Positions 1 through 9,180 of a DNA stretch of 64,000 nt are shown piece by piece. Every line of letters begins with the position of its first letter. Positions within the stretch are counted from its first letter, which is position 1. The notes below the pieces were generated by a model that worked only from the letters and a program-made list of their open reading frames with translations, was not told the origin of the DNA and did not search any database. This stretch comes from a virus (lineage: Duplodnaviria; Heunggongvirae; Uroviricota; Caudoviricetes), in the IMG/VR virus record IMGVR_UViG_2657245091_000008; one strand, 5' to 3'. The position numbers were made by a program, and so were the translations under genes.

Positions 1-546
1 ATCAGCCAAAAATGCCTCCATCTCTGCATGTGGGAAGTAGGGCGCTTTGTATTTGCCATACCCCACGTTGAACTCGCCATTTTGGTTGTACCGCGTTACG
101 CCATTAAAACAGTGCCGATTAAGGTACAAAAAGGCGGCAGCATGATGTAGCTGGTCATACTTTCCTCTGTTAAATGCCTCACGCACTTCGAGGTAAGCGT
201 CAGCGTTGTTGTAATTTTGGAAAAAACTATATGACAGCGTGACGAGCGAATGTCCTTCTCGCTGCAATGTCTGATAGAAGTTAATCAGGTCACCGTTAAT
301 ATCATTAAGCAGGTTGTGGCGAAATCCTGCATTTGTAAATACGGAACCGCCACCAACGAATGGTTCTATTAACCGCTTGCCGTGTGGTAGATGCTCAAGC
401 ACTGTAGGCAACTCTGAGAATTTACCGCCTACCCATTTGAAGATCGGGCGCTCATATTCATCCTGAGTCCGAATGGTGCGCATATAGCTAATTTCAGCCA
501 TCGTATCCTGTTTTTCTATGGCTATGCTTGCTATAGATTTACTCAT
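1..546 (-). CDS. Dam-family DNA N6-adenine methyltransferase, truncated by window edge (start 546 or an internal Met)
   Basis: Minus-strand translation from ATG at 546-544 gives KWVGGK, EPFVGGGSVF and LYLNRHCFNGVTRYNQNGEFNV, closely matching E. coli Dam N-terminal motifs; ORF runs off the 5' edge; not in ORF track because incomplete. Confidence 0.8.
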   Translation of the reverse strand, partial: MSKSIASIAIEKQDTMAEISYMRTIRTQDEYERPIFKWVGGKFSELPTVLEHLPHGKRLIEPFVGGGSVFTNAGFRHNLLNDINGDLINFYQTLQREGHSLVTLSYSFFQNYNNADAYLEVREAFNRGKYDQLHHAAAFLYLNRHCFNGVTRYNQNGEFNVGYGKYKAPYFPHAEMEAFLAD

Positions 547-1189
547 AGAGCACCCCCTTATTCGCTTCGAAAACTGCCTTTGCGAATCCATGCGGAGTAG
601 CACTTCGAAAATTAGCCCTTTCAGGTCCAGGTGGCGCGGTATGGATTCTGTTATCTGGCTTGCCTAATGATTCGTCCATTAGGGCATCAGGCATGACAAA
701 GCCTTGCCCGCTCCAGAGGCATGTTTTTTTGGTGTAATTGTCTTCCTTGCAATATGCAGTGAAGTGGTAAGGATGGAAGATGTGATCAGGTTTACGCCAG
801 AATGTCGATATTTGGCTGACCGGGTTTTCAATCATGTACGGGCAACCAATCATCTTTGCAATATCGTAACACTGCCAGACGACCTGCATCGCTTTGAACT
901 GGAAAAACGGATCTTTGTCAGCCTTATGCGCAAACCAGCGCGCACCGGAAACAGCAAGGTCCGTGCACGGCGGAAAACCAGCTAAAAACACAATACGTTG
1001 TAAATTATTTCGGAGAAAAGCATAAACTTCATCACTATCGATAATCGCACTGATACGTGTCAGAACTGCGCCTGATTGCATCAGCTCATCTCTGGTCTCT
1101 GCGTGTTGTGGATCGACGATAACAGCATCTATACCATGCTCCAGCCAGGGGGCGACCATTTTCCCCGTGAAATCACAAAGACTCACCAT
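539..1189 (-). CDS. Putative DNA (cytosine-5)-methyltransferase-like protein, short form
   Basis: Motifs GFPPCTDLAVSG (like C5-MTase motif IV GFPCQ.FS.AG) and YMIENP (like ENV); likely start is ATG at 1189 (track ORF extends to 1318 across rdgC 3' end); stop overlaps dam start (ATGAGTAAA). Confidence 0.45.
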   Translation of the reverse strand: MVSLCDFTGKMVAPWLEHGIDAVIVDPQHAETRDELMQSGAVLTRISAIIDSDEVYAFLRNNLQRIVFLAGFPPCTDLAVSGARWFAHKADKDPFFQFKAMQVVWQCYDIAKMIGCPYMIENPVSQISTFWRKPDHIFHPYHFTAYCKEDNYTKKTCLWSGQGFVMPDALMDESLGKPDNRIHTAPPGPERANFRSATPHGFAKAVFEANKGVLYE

Positions 1190-1202
1190 CAGAGGTCTAT
1201 TG

Positions 1203-2108
1203 TTAACGTTCTGCTTCACCACCAACGGCCTCCACCAGCGAAGTGAACATCGCGGATAATTCAGCAGTAAACAGGATAAAGTCAGCGTCAAATCGTTGCG
1301 CAACATCCTCTCGATCAATATCGTCGTTCTGGTCGTACAATTCGTCGCTGAACGACAAAGCCTTGATACTCATATCGTCATTCAGTCTGAAAAATGCACG
1401 GTCTTGCCAGTTAACCGCAACTGTGGTTGCAACCTTACCAGCTTCTATATGACTCATGATCTCGTCGGATAGCAGGTCCACTTTTTTGCAGCGGACCGCG
1501 CCGCCATCATCAAGCAATGCTTTTAAGGTCGCTTCCTCACCGGCACGGAAACCGTTCGGGAAGCCATTTTTAATCCAGCCAGTGATGGTCAGTTCTAATG
1601 GGTCTTTCGGAGAGAAGGGGACAACGGGCAAGCTGCCAAGCGATTTCCGTAACAAAGCCAGCTGATCCTCTGCTTTTTTAGCACTGCTGGCCTCGACAAA
1701 AACCAGATGATTGCTTCGGTCTATCAGGATTTTAGCGACTGATTTTCTCGTGAAAGCACGAGGAAGCAGAGAGTGAAGCACTTCATCCTTCAGCGAATCT
1801 TTTTCAGTCTTCTTCAGCTTTCTGTCTTGCTCTTCTTCAAGTGTCAGGATTTTTTTCTGTAACTCTTCTTTGAGCACTTGAGAGGGTAGGATTTTTTCCT
1901 CTCGTTTATGCTGTATCAGAAGAAAACCTTGGTATTCATGGGTGAGGTTGTCGCCAAGAACGGGGGTCCAACCAGCTTTAGCCATATCCTGAGAACCGCA
2001 TGGGGTAAACACAAACTTGCTAAGGGCTGCATTTACTTCTGCAGTATCCCAGCTAACTTCGCGTGAAAGACGATAGATGAAGATATTTTTGAAAGCGACT
2101 GATCTCAT
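1203..2108 (-). CDS. rdgC: Recombination-associated protein RdgC
   Basis: Full-length similarity to E. coli RdgC ([55 protein letters not shown]). Confidence 0.9.
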   Translation of the reverse strand: MRSVAFKNIFIYRLSREVSWDTAEVNAALSKFVFTPCGSQDMAKAGWTPVLGDNLTHEYQGFLLIQHKREEKILPSQVLKEELQKKILTLEEEQDRKLKKTEKDSLKDEVLHSLLPRAFTRKSVAKILIDRSNHLVFVEASSAKKAEDQLALLRKSLGSLPVVPFSPKDPLELTITGWIKNGFPNGFRAGEEATLKALLDDGGAVRCKKVDLLSDEIMSHIEAGKVATTVAVNWQDRAFFRLNDDMSIKALSFSDELYDQNDDIDREDVAQRFDADFILFTAELSAMFTSLVEAVGGEAER

Positions 2109-2115
2109 GTCTCAC

Positions 2116-2159
2116 CATTTGTGTTAGAAAATACATATTAATTATCTAACACAAATGGG
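2116..2159. promoter_or_regulatory. Operator-like motif pair (14-bp inverted repeats CCATTTGTGTTAGA / TCTAACACAAATGG) upstream of rdgC
   Basis: Two inverted copies of the recurrent TGTTAGAAAA-type motif. Confidence 0.45.
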
Positions 2160-2167
2160 TGCATTTT

Positions 2168-2821
2168 CTATCCTTTCTTGAAATCGAAGTTGCTAGCAGT
2201 GGCCTGAAAGGTTCCTCCTGCCTTGAAAGCTATGTCTCCGTTAGCGGTGACAGCAATATTTTCCCCTTTAACATTGATGTTGTTGGCTGATTTGACGTTA
2301 ACACTCCCTCCTGCATTCACGATTACATCAGCCGGACCAATGATATATATCTGCCCGGACTCATTCATGCCAATCCTTGAGCCTGCTGCCGTATTGGCAA
2401 TTTCATAGCCGCCACCAGCAGTTCGTACTTCAAGAATATTGTTGCGGTGAATAACGAAGTCTTTCGTTGCTGAGATTTGGGGGCGGGGAGGTGCTCCATC
2501 TACTTCCGGCGGCGTCCAGCCGTTGCCTTTGCCAGATGCTTCTGGTGCAACGTTTGGAATTCCTCCCGGTGCATCCTGAGCGGCACCAACTATCATTGGG
2601 CGTCTGGTGTCTATTCGACCGTTAACATCTAAATAAGGAAACTCTACCCAGACCAGGTCACCTTTGACTGTGGGTACAAAAGCGTTCCCGATGGGTAACT
2701 GGTATTCCGCCCAGGGTAGATCGTCATCAGGAACGCCATTCCAGTCAGGTAAAACACGGACTTGAGCACGCATAAGCCCTGCCGGGTGCACAGTTCCAAC
2801 AATTTGCGCTCTACGCTTCAT
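2168..2821 (-). CDS. Phage baseplate central spike protein (Mu gp45 / P2 gpV-like)
   Basis: N-terminal OB-fold-like pattern (LPWAEYQLPIG...KGDLVWVEFPYLD) followed by Gly/Asn-rich beta-helix-like repeats; last gene of a four-gene operon with overlapping stops. Confidence 0.45.
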   Translation of the reverse strand: MKRRAQIVGTVHPAGLMRAQVRVLPDWNGVPDDDLPWAEYQLPIGNAFVPTVKGDLVWVEFPYLDVNGRIDTRRPMIVGAAQDAPGGIPNVAPEASGKGNGWTPPEVDGAPPRPQISATKDFVIHRNNILEVRTAGGGYEIANTAAGSRIGMNESGQIYIIGPADVIVNAGGSVNVKSANNINVKGENIAVTANGDIAFKAGGTFQATASNFDFKKG

Positions 2822-3798
2822 TTGTTCGGCACTCCCAATATCATTCGTGTTGTGTAGCCTACGCGGTCCTCAAAGTGCGCAACATTTTTTACTATCAGCT
2901 TACGGGGCATTGATTCATCAATGCGGTTTTCCTGGTCATAGCGGTATACGATAATCTCTATTACCATCCCCGGTTTTATATCAGGATTGCCTGCGACTTC
3001 TATATCCATTTTGGGGACGAGAGACAGCTGCATATTGCGAAGAGTTTCCATATCAGAGTCGGATATATAACGCACTGGGAGTGAGCTATCGCCATATTCG
3101 ACGTAGCCATCGGTCATGGAATACCCAACAAAACGATATTGATTCTTTGCTGTTGTCGCATGTTCCTGTTGGAGTAGGCGCATTTTGGACAAAGTGTATT
3201 CTGCTTTAGGGTTATTCCCCTCGTAGGTAAATGATGGCGTTTGCTTCATCAGATCAGCCAGGGTGTAAAAGTTAAATTCCCCCCGGCATACCCAACATAA
3301 TGCACCTTTGTCTCGCGCTATCTCCGAAAGCATTTTTGACGGTTTGTCACCGGCATTCAGATGATATGTAACTGCGCGTTTTAGCACGCTGCTGGTAATT
3401 TTAAGCTTGCCGGAATATGCCTTGAATATAGCGTCTGGTGTTTTGTTGGTATGTAAATTTGTGCGCGGGGAGGGGATCTTAAACCTGCGCACGTCTTCAC
3501 TGACAGCAATAACGGTAACAACATCACCAGCCAGCATTGCAGACGTAACAAAGAAATCTGTTTTAAAAGTGCCTGCATTACCGTTTGGATCGCCCATTTC
3601 AGCCACCAGCGATGCACCGTATTTGGCTTTCCAGTCATCAATTACGGTGCCGGTAGCGTCATGAATTTCCAGTTTTAGCAAAGGGGCTTTGAGGCTGGTT
3701 TTTTCTACATATACTGCGGTAAAAATCCAGTCTCGTGGCACTTTGTTATCGTTAATGAGCACTGACTGTAGAAAATATTGTTGTAACTCCTGGGCCAC
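2818..3798 (-). CDS. Putative baseplate hub-like protein (by position upstream of spike)
   Basis: 326-aa ORF translationally coupled to the spike gene; hub-then-spike order as in Mu 44-45; no motif recognised. Confidence 0.3.
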   Translation of the reverse strand: MAQELQQYFLQSVLINDNKVPRDWIFTAVYVEKTSLKAPLLKLEIHDATGTVIDDWKAKYGASLVAEMGDPNGNAGTFKTDFFVTSAMLAGDVVTVIAVSEDVRRFKIPSPRTNLHTNKTPDAIFKAYSGKLKITSSVLKRAVTYHLNAGDKPSKMLSEIARDKGALCWVCRGEFNFYTLADLMKQTPSFTYEGNNPKAEYTLSKMRLLQQEHATTAKNQYRFVGYSMTDGYVEYGDSSLPVRYISDSDMETLRNMQLSLVPKMDIEVAGNPDIKPGMVIEIIVYRYDQENRIDESMPRKLIVKNVAHFEDRVGYTTRMILGVPNK

Positions 3799-3801
3799 TT
3801 A

Positions 3802-4569
3802 TCACCCCATAGATATCGAGGTTTCGGTAATAATACGTTTTGCGTCCAACTCCCATGCTGTGATCACGTCTGCAATCACACTTATCGGCGCTTGTGTGGC
3901 ATAAATACGCTCTTCTCCAATTGGTGCTGAAACATCCGTAAAGCCGACTTCTTTGGCATCCTGTATCGAGCAAATCAACGGGACCGGGACACGAACAAGG
4001 TGAGTGGTGGCTTCAAATTGTGTACCTGTCATCAGGCGAAGCCGTGCGCCCAGTGAATTACACATCAGACTCATGGTCGCTTTATCAGTTGCCATTAACG
4101 TAACGTCATACGTCAGAATGGCCTGGGTGTATTCCAGTTCTGCTAAAGGCATTCCGGTATCCGGTTCGCAAAAACTGGCTACTTTTTTGCGGTCAATCTG
4201 CTGATCATCGTTGATATAATTGATATCCATAGTGCGTGAGATATTGACCAGGGGGAGAGCATCCCGGTTAATGTTCTGGTTTTCAGGTTTTCTCCCTTGC
4301 CCGGCATTTGCGCGACGAACTGCTTTAAGAAACTCGATCGCATTGTCGAAACGGGCCACATAGACACGCTCTGCTGGTGGACGATTCAGGAATGACGCAA
4401 AGCGTTTTTCTTCCGGCGCGGGGGCCACCAGTAAGATATCAGAAAAAATGTTGCTGATTAGCGTCGCAAACGCGTTATCCACGCTTTCAAAGCCCGTGGT
4501 CTGGAATTTTCCTGTGCGTGAGGTTTGCCATTCACCTGTTCGCGCCAGGAGGGTTTTATTTGAAGTCAT
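3802..4569 (-). CDS. Hypothetical protein (tail/baseplate module?)
   Basis: 255-aa ORF in same operon, stop/start overlap with neighbours. Confidence 0.3.
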   Translation of the reverse strand: MTSNKTLLARTGEWQTSRTGKFQTTGFESVDNAFATLISNIFSDILLVAPAPEEKRFASFLNRPPAERVYVARFDNAIEFLKAVRRANAGQGRKPENQNINRDALPLVNISRTMDINYINDDQQIDRKKVASFCEPDTGMPLAELEYTQAILTYDVTLMATDKATMSLMCNSLGARLRLMTGTQFEATTHLVRVPVPLICSIQDAKEVGFTDVSAPIGEERIYATQAPISVIADVITAWELDAKRIITETSISMG

Positions 4570-5369
4570 TCGATCACTCCGTTTTGAGTCGTATCAAAAT
4601 TCCTGGCAGGTATGCAGTAGTAAAGCGAACCAACATGCTGTGTGCCGTAGCTAAAAATACGGTGCACGTACCACCAGCGGCGGGCTACGCCGTTTACCAT
4701 CTCTTCATTCCATTCAAGAATTGATCCGACGGGGACGTTATTTGCTGCAATACGCAGAATCAGAACATCATCGGTTAAGCCATCCTGCTCACCGTCTGCG
4801 TCAATTGCATGGAAAGAGTCACGCCCGTCCGGGTTATCCAGCACATAAACGATTTCAGGTTCCTGGTAAGTCAGTTCGCGCTGGTTGTTATCCAGTTCAG
4901 TGAATGACTCTTCTCCTGTTTCGTCGCTGACTACCCCATATGTGCCAACATCTGGTCGATATAAGAGAGCCTGAAACGCGTCTGGGCTGGATTCAATAAT
5001 CAGCATCCAGTCTGCGCGGATTTGGTCGTTAAAGGCTTTATGCCCGTTATAGCGTGCTTTTAACTGTGGAGTCGGTTCTCTGCCAGCCAGGGAAGATGGA
5101 AGTATGGCTATATCTGATTCGCCAGCATCCGGAGTAAGGCCACCGTTGCTATCAGCAAAATTATCATGGCTATCAGCTTTGGCGGCGGGTTGCTCTTCCA
5201 GAATGCTGAATGAATCCGAACCTGTATTGCCATGTTCCGGCGCGCCTCCTGCATTCGCTTCAATCGGCGCTGGCGTTTCTCTCTGCGTGCTGTCATGTTC
5301 TGACTCCTTACTTGCCAGGTTTGCATCGTCAGCAAACCATTCGTCAAAACGGCCCATAAGCATCCTCAA
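4566..5369 (-). CDS. Hypothetical acidic protein (tail/baseplate module?)
   Basis: 267-aa ORF, first gene of operon; Asp/Glu-rich N-terminal half. Confidence 0.3.
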   Translation of the reverse strand: MRMLMGRFDEWFADDANLASKESEHDSTQRETPAPIEANAGGAPEHGNTGSDSFSILEEQPAAKADSHDNFADSNGGLTPDAGESDIAILPSSLAGREPTPQLKARYNGHKAFNDQIRADWMLIIESSPDAFQALLYRPDVGTYGVVSDETGEESFTELDNNQRELTYQEPEIVYVLDNPDGRDSFHAIDADGEQDGLTDDVLILRIAANNVPVGSILEWNEEMVNGVARRWWYVHRIFSYGTQHVGSLYYCIPARNFDTTQNGVIE

Positions 5370-5519
5370 AGGTCGATCTGTCAGGTATCGAAAGGAAGAT
5401 TTTCGGGAGATTGTGATTTTGGATGAAGGAGGGGGAATTCATAAAATGCACTTGCGCACAGTGCAACGGTGCGCTATAGTTATGGCATTCGGTAATCATC
5501 ACGGAGGATCAAATGACTA

Positions 5520-5822
5520 ATGACCAAAAAAATTAACATAAAGGATTTCAGGGATGCGTGGCTTGATGATTTTTTTGAATTTTCAACACCACATAGAAAG
5601 ATACCTCCTGATATTCATATGACATTGTCACGGAAGTTGGACATTATCAATGCCGCAACTACCTGTAAGGATTTAAGATCACCACCAGGTAATCGGTATG
5701 AGGAACTGTCAGGGAAGCTAAATGGCTATTCATCAGTAAGGGTGAATAAGCAATATAGGTTAATTTTTAAGTGGGTTAACGGAAAGGCCGAGGACTTGTA
5801 TCTCGACCCTCACAAATACTAA
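5520..5822 (+). CDS. higB: Type II toxin HigB (plasmid maintenance killer protein family)
   Basis: 100 aa; C-terminal YRLIFKWVNGKAEDLYLDPHKY typical of HigB/RelE-fold killer proteins; directly upstream of HTH antitoxin; GGAGGA RBS. Confidence 0.8.
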   Translation: MTKKINIKDFRDAWLDDFFEFSTPHRKIPPDIHMTLSRKLDIINAATTCKDLRSPPGNRYEELSGKLNGYSSVRVNKQYRLIFKWVNGKAEDLYLDPHKY

Positions 5823-5892
5823 AACAGATACCCGGTTACGGACCGGGTTCTGACCAGAGTCCACTTAATACGCACGCTAGTAAGGGCAAAAA

Positions 5893-6231
5893 ATGAAACA
5901 GGCAACCAGAAAACCGACGACCGTAGGTGATATCCTGCTGTACGAATACCTGGAGCCGTTAGAGCTGAAGATCAACGAGTTGGCAGAAATACTTCATGTT
6001 CATCGTAACACCGTAAGTGCTCTTGTTAATAATAATCGTAAGCTAACGATGGATATGGCATATCGCCTGGCAAAAGCATTCGATACTTCTGTAGATTTTT
6101 GGATTAATCTTCAGACCGCAGTAGACCTGTGGGAAGTCGAAAATGATATGCGCGTTCAGGAAGAGTTAAGTCGTATCAATACTGCTGAAAAATTTATTTC
6201 TCAGCGGAACCTGAATAAAAAAGCAGCCTGA
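5893..6231 (+). CDS. higA: Antitoxin HigA (XRE-family HTH, N-terminal HTH type)
   Basis: 112 aa; HTH segment LKINELAEILHVHRNTVSALVNNNRKLTMDMAYRLAKAF typical of HigA/VapI antidote proteins. Confidence 0.8.
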   Translation: MKQATRKPTTVGDILLYEYLEPLELKINELAEILHVHRNTVSALVNNNRKLTMDMAYRLAKAFDTSVDFWINLQTAVDLWEVENDMRVQEELSRINTAEKFISQRNLNKKAA

Positions 6232-6248
6232 TATAGTAAAACACATAC

Positions 6249-6280
6249 AAAAAGCCCACTTAGCAAGTGGGCTTTCCTTT
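6249..6280. terminator. Bidirectional intrinsic terminator-like hairpin after higA
   Basis: Stem AGCCCACT-loop-AGTGGGCT flanked by A-run upstream and TCCTTT downstream. Confidence 0.4.
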
Positions 6281-6287
6281 GTAATTA

Positions 6288-6647
6288 ATGAACATTAAAC
6301 CTATCCGTACAGAACAAGATTATGAGGCCGCACTGCGTGCGGTCGAACCGATGTTCGATAACGAACCGGAAATGAATACTCCGGAAGGTGATTTCTTTGA
6401 GGTTATGAGTCTTCTCATTGAGGAGTACGAGAAAAAACATTACCCAATTGAGCCACCATCACCTATTGAGGCCATTAAATTCCGTATGGAACAGCAAGGG
6501 CTGACCGTGAAGGATCTGGAACCGGCGATTGGTAAGTCAAATCGTGTTTACGAAGTGCTAAATGGGACACGAAATTTGACGTTACCTATGATTCGCCGTT
6601 TACATTCCCAGTTTGGCATTCCTCTTGAAAGCTTGGTTGGTATTTGA
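6288..6647 (+). CDS. HigA-like transcriptional regulator with C-terminal HTH (E. coli HigA / COG5499 type)
   Basis: 119 aa; C-terminal LTVKDLEPAIGKSNRVYEVLNGTRNLTLPMIRRLHSQFGIPLESL aligns with the HTH region of E. coli HigA; no cognate toxin immediately upstream. Confidence 0.6.
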   Translation: MNIKPIRTEQDYEAALRAVEPMFDNEPEMNTPEGDFFEVMSLLIEEYEKKHYPIEPPSPIEAIKFRMEQQGLTVKDLEPAIGKSNRVYEVLNGTRNLTLPMIRRLHSQFGIPLESLVGI

Positions 6648-6709
6648 GTTTGGCGGTCTGGATGACCGCTATTTTCATAAAATAGATATTAGAAATCACG
6701 GTAGTTTAT

Positions 6710-7438
6710 ATGAATACAGATTCATCAACAGAAAAATTGACTGAAAATGATCTAATCAAAGTATCTTTTGGAGATGCCATAAAAGACAAGCTATTTAATA
6801 AAGTGTTTGCATATATATTAATTTCTTTTCTAATTATTAATTGGAAAGATATACTAATATTGATGAAGTCAAAGGATGATATCCTATATACTTTATCTGT
6901 AACATTTGTTGGAGGTAAGATTCCTCTAGTTTATGAAGGCGTTTTGTCTCCTTGGCTTTATCATTTTTGCTTGCCATTTATTTTTGGAATTATTGCATCA
7001 ATTGCAGCTCCGATTGTCACTCTTTGCGTATCAAAGCTAACAAGTAAAATATATACAGAGATAAGGTATTTGGATGCCGACATGGATCAAAATAAAAGAA
7101 AGGCGTTGCAAATAAAAGAGACTGAAATAATAAAAAGCATTAATGATACACAATTCAACAAAAGAATTATGGATGAAAATAAAAATGAACTTGAGAGATT
7201 GCTTAGGCAGCAAAAAGAGATTATGGCGGCAATAAAGTTATTATATGATGATGTTGGAGTTATCATTGAGCTTTTTAAAAGTAGAGGGGTTGGTATTGAC
7301 TCCCCAGAAAAGTTATATGATTTTGTAATGGCAATAAAGAAGACTTCGCTTTATAATGGCGATCATGATTTTAATAAATTGGTTGCTGATATTTCAAATT
7401 TATTTGATAAAACGGAAATTGATTTTTCAAAAAGATGA
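6710..7438 (+). CDS. Hypothetical two-TM membrane protein with C-terminal coiled coil (candidate effector)
   Basis: 242 aa; two hydrophobic segments (FAYILISFLIINW, LYHFCLPFIFGIIASIAAPIVTLCV) then K/E-rich coiled coil; about 30 percent GC by eye. Confidence 0.5.
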   Translation: MNTDSSTEKLTENDLIKVSFGDAIKDKLFNKVFAYILISFLIINWKDILILMKSKDDILYTLSVTFVGGKIPLVYEGVLSPWLYHFCLPFIFGIIASIAAPIVTLCVSKLTSKIYTEIRYLDADMDQNKRKALQIKETEIIKSINDTQFNKRIMDENKNELERLLRQQKEIMAAIKLLYDDVGVIIELFKSRGVGIDSPEKLYDFVMAIKKTSLYNGDHDFNKLVADISNLFDKTEIDFSKR

Positions 7439-7471
7439 AAGCCTAGCCTAGGCAGCTAGGCTATGTGTGGT

Positions 7472-8665
7472 TTATGCTTTTTTTACATACTCCATGAACA
7501 TTTTTTCAGCTTGTGCTGGTGGTGTTCCAGCCATGACAAGCGCATCAATGAACGCCTGCTTCTTCAGTGCGAACTGATCGGCAAGGCGTTGCTGAAGCTC
7601 CTTGTTTTTCTGTTTCTCACGTTGCAAGGCCGCTTCTTTTGCTGCCGCCCGTTTTTTCTGTGCATCTGACAACTTTCTGGCCTTGGTCAATTGGTCACGT
7701 AGTTTGTCGATCTTGCCGTTGTCCTTTGCCAGTTTTGTACTTAAAGCTGCCTGGCGCTTCTGATAGAGCCTCCATTCGCGTTTGGCGGCTTCAACGTTCG
7801 TTTTACTGCTACGATTGCGATTAAACTCCTTCTCGTCTTCTTTTGAGAAGTGTTTGGTTGTACGGCGGCGATCGTCACCAAATGCAATTTGCGTTGCAGC
7901 CTTTTGTAGCGCACGAGCAATACTCATTTGCCAACTGGCGGACTGTAACCGCGTCATTGAGTGGATCACGTGTTTACAGGCGACGCCTTGCAGCTTCGGG
8001 TTGCGAACTTTTGGATAGGCGTATTCTTTTGGCGGTGCCAGGGCAAAGTTACCCGCAGTGGCGATGTAACGATACCAGTATTGATGACGACCACAGTCAC
8101 AATCGAAAGACACTCGCCCGGCGCACAGTGATTTAGTGATTTTGAGAGCTGATTTATCGTCTTCTGCGATGTCATCAACCATCTGATCCCATTCTTCAAA
8201 GCGTATCCGGACGATATGGTGCTGGTGGACGGATATATCCGATGCTTCTACGCGGATATTAATCACATTGTGGCGAAGAGATACGGGTGTAGCTCTTTTG
8301 ATACCAGATCCGTCATCCACGGCGTTATTTGCACGCTTAATATCGATTGCCTGGCTGGATGCCACCAGCTGGGCGTATGTGATGCCAGCCGTCTTGCTGT
8401 CATATTTTTCGCGCGTTTTACTCCGTAGCTTTTCGAAACCTTTCAGGTCGTCTCGCGTGAAGAACGTGCCGCCTTTTTTCTTCCCTAACTTGAGAATATC
8501 TTCGGCGGATTTGTTCCTCAGTCTACCTGGCGTCAGCGTCCGGTGAGCTTGTCGGCGCTTACGGGTTTGTTCTTTCCTGATAAGGTCGAATAAACGCGTG
8601 AAGTCCTTAGAGGACAGGCCGTCAGTGATATAGCGCCCGTCCTGGTTTTTCAGGAAATCAGGCAT
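7472..8665 (-). CDS. Hypothetical protein with SWIM-type zinc finger (CxC...CxH) and Lys-rich coiled-coil C-terminus
   Basis: 397 aa; FDCDCGRHQ...GVACKHVIH matches the SWIM CxCxnCxH pattern. Confidence 0.5.
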   Translation of the reverse strand: MPDFLKNQDGRYITDGLSSKDFTRLFDLIRKEQTRKRRQAHRTLTPGRLRNKSAEDILKLGKKKGGTFFTRDDLKGFEKLRSKTREKYDSKTAGITYAQLVASSQAIDIKRANNAVDDGSGIKRATPVSLRHNVINIRVEASDISVHQHHIVRIRFEEWDQMVDDIAEDDKSALKITKSLCAGRVSFDCDCGRHQYWYRYIATAGNFALAPPKEYAYPKVRNPKLQGVACKHVIHSMTRLQSASWQMSIARALQKAATQIAFGDDRRRTTKHFSKEDEKEFNRNRSSKTNVEAAKREWRLYQKRQAALSTKLAKDNGKIDKLRDQLTKARKLSDAQKKRAAAKEAALQREKQKNKELQQRLADQFALKKQAFIDALVMAGTPPAQAEKMFMEYVKKA

Positions 8666-8987
8666 TTTCTATCTCCGGTTCCGCGCTCGCGTAATCACGG
8701 ATCTTGTTCCTCAGCCATGCCACATCAGGAAGAGTTAACGTGGTCCCGGCGGGCATTTCTTCCATTTCTGACTCATGGCCCACCAGCACCCGGAATACCC
8801 AGCGCAAATCTGCATTGCCATACGCCCTGTAGGCTGCAAGGTCTGAACGATATACTTCATCAATCTTTATCGTGTACTGGAAATTATCAGAGTGATACTC
8901 CGATACCCGCTTAATCATTTCCTGGTGAAACAGCGCACGAAAAATATCGTCTTCAATGTACCTATCGTCGAGTCTGCTATAGCCCAT
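8658..8987 (-). CDS. Hypothetical protein
   Basis: 109-aa ORF overlapping the start of the SWIM protein gene by 8 bp (operon). Confidence 0.45.
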   Translation of the reverse strand: MGYSRLDDRYIEDDIFRALFHQEMIKRVSEYHSDNFQYTIKIDEVYRSDLAAYRAYGNADLRWVFRVLVGHESEMEEMPAGTTLTLPDVAWLRNKIRDYASAEPEIENA

Positions 8988-9180
8988 AACAAAGCCTCTC
9001 AGTCATAACCTGGGGGAAACTGTATGCAGGGTGTGAAATGCGAGAAACAGACAGGCCACCAGTTCAGGGGGATGTGGTTCATAAATCCCCTCACTGGTGA
9101 CAAGTGACTTTCATTAATCTTTATGCGGGGGCCAGCTTCCTTTGCTGGCATTAGATTAAAAATTAAACGGAGTGAATGAC

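Noticed and set aside
704-985. Plus-strand ORF 704-985 and other small ORFs antisense to the methyltransferase, rdgC, pacA/pacB, cre-like and head genes
   Set aside because: Embedded antisense within well-supported genes; no independent evidence.
539-1318. Full 259-aa track ORF for the C5-MTase-like gene
   Set aside because: The first about 43 codons overlap the rdgC 3' end in another frame and begin with a TTG; the ATG at 1189 just downstream of the rdgC stop is the more plausible start.
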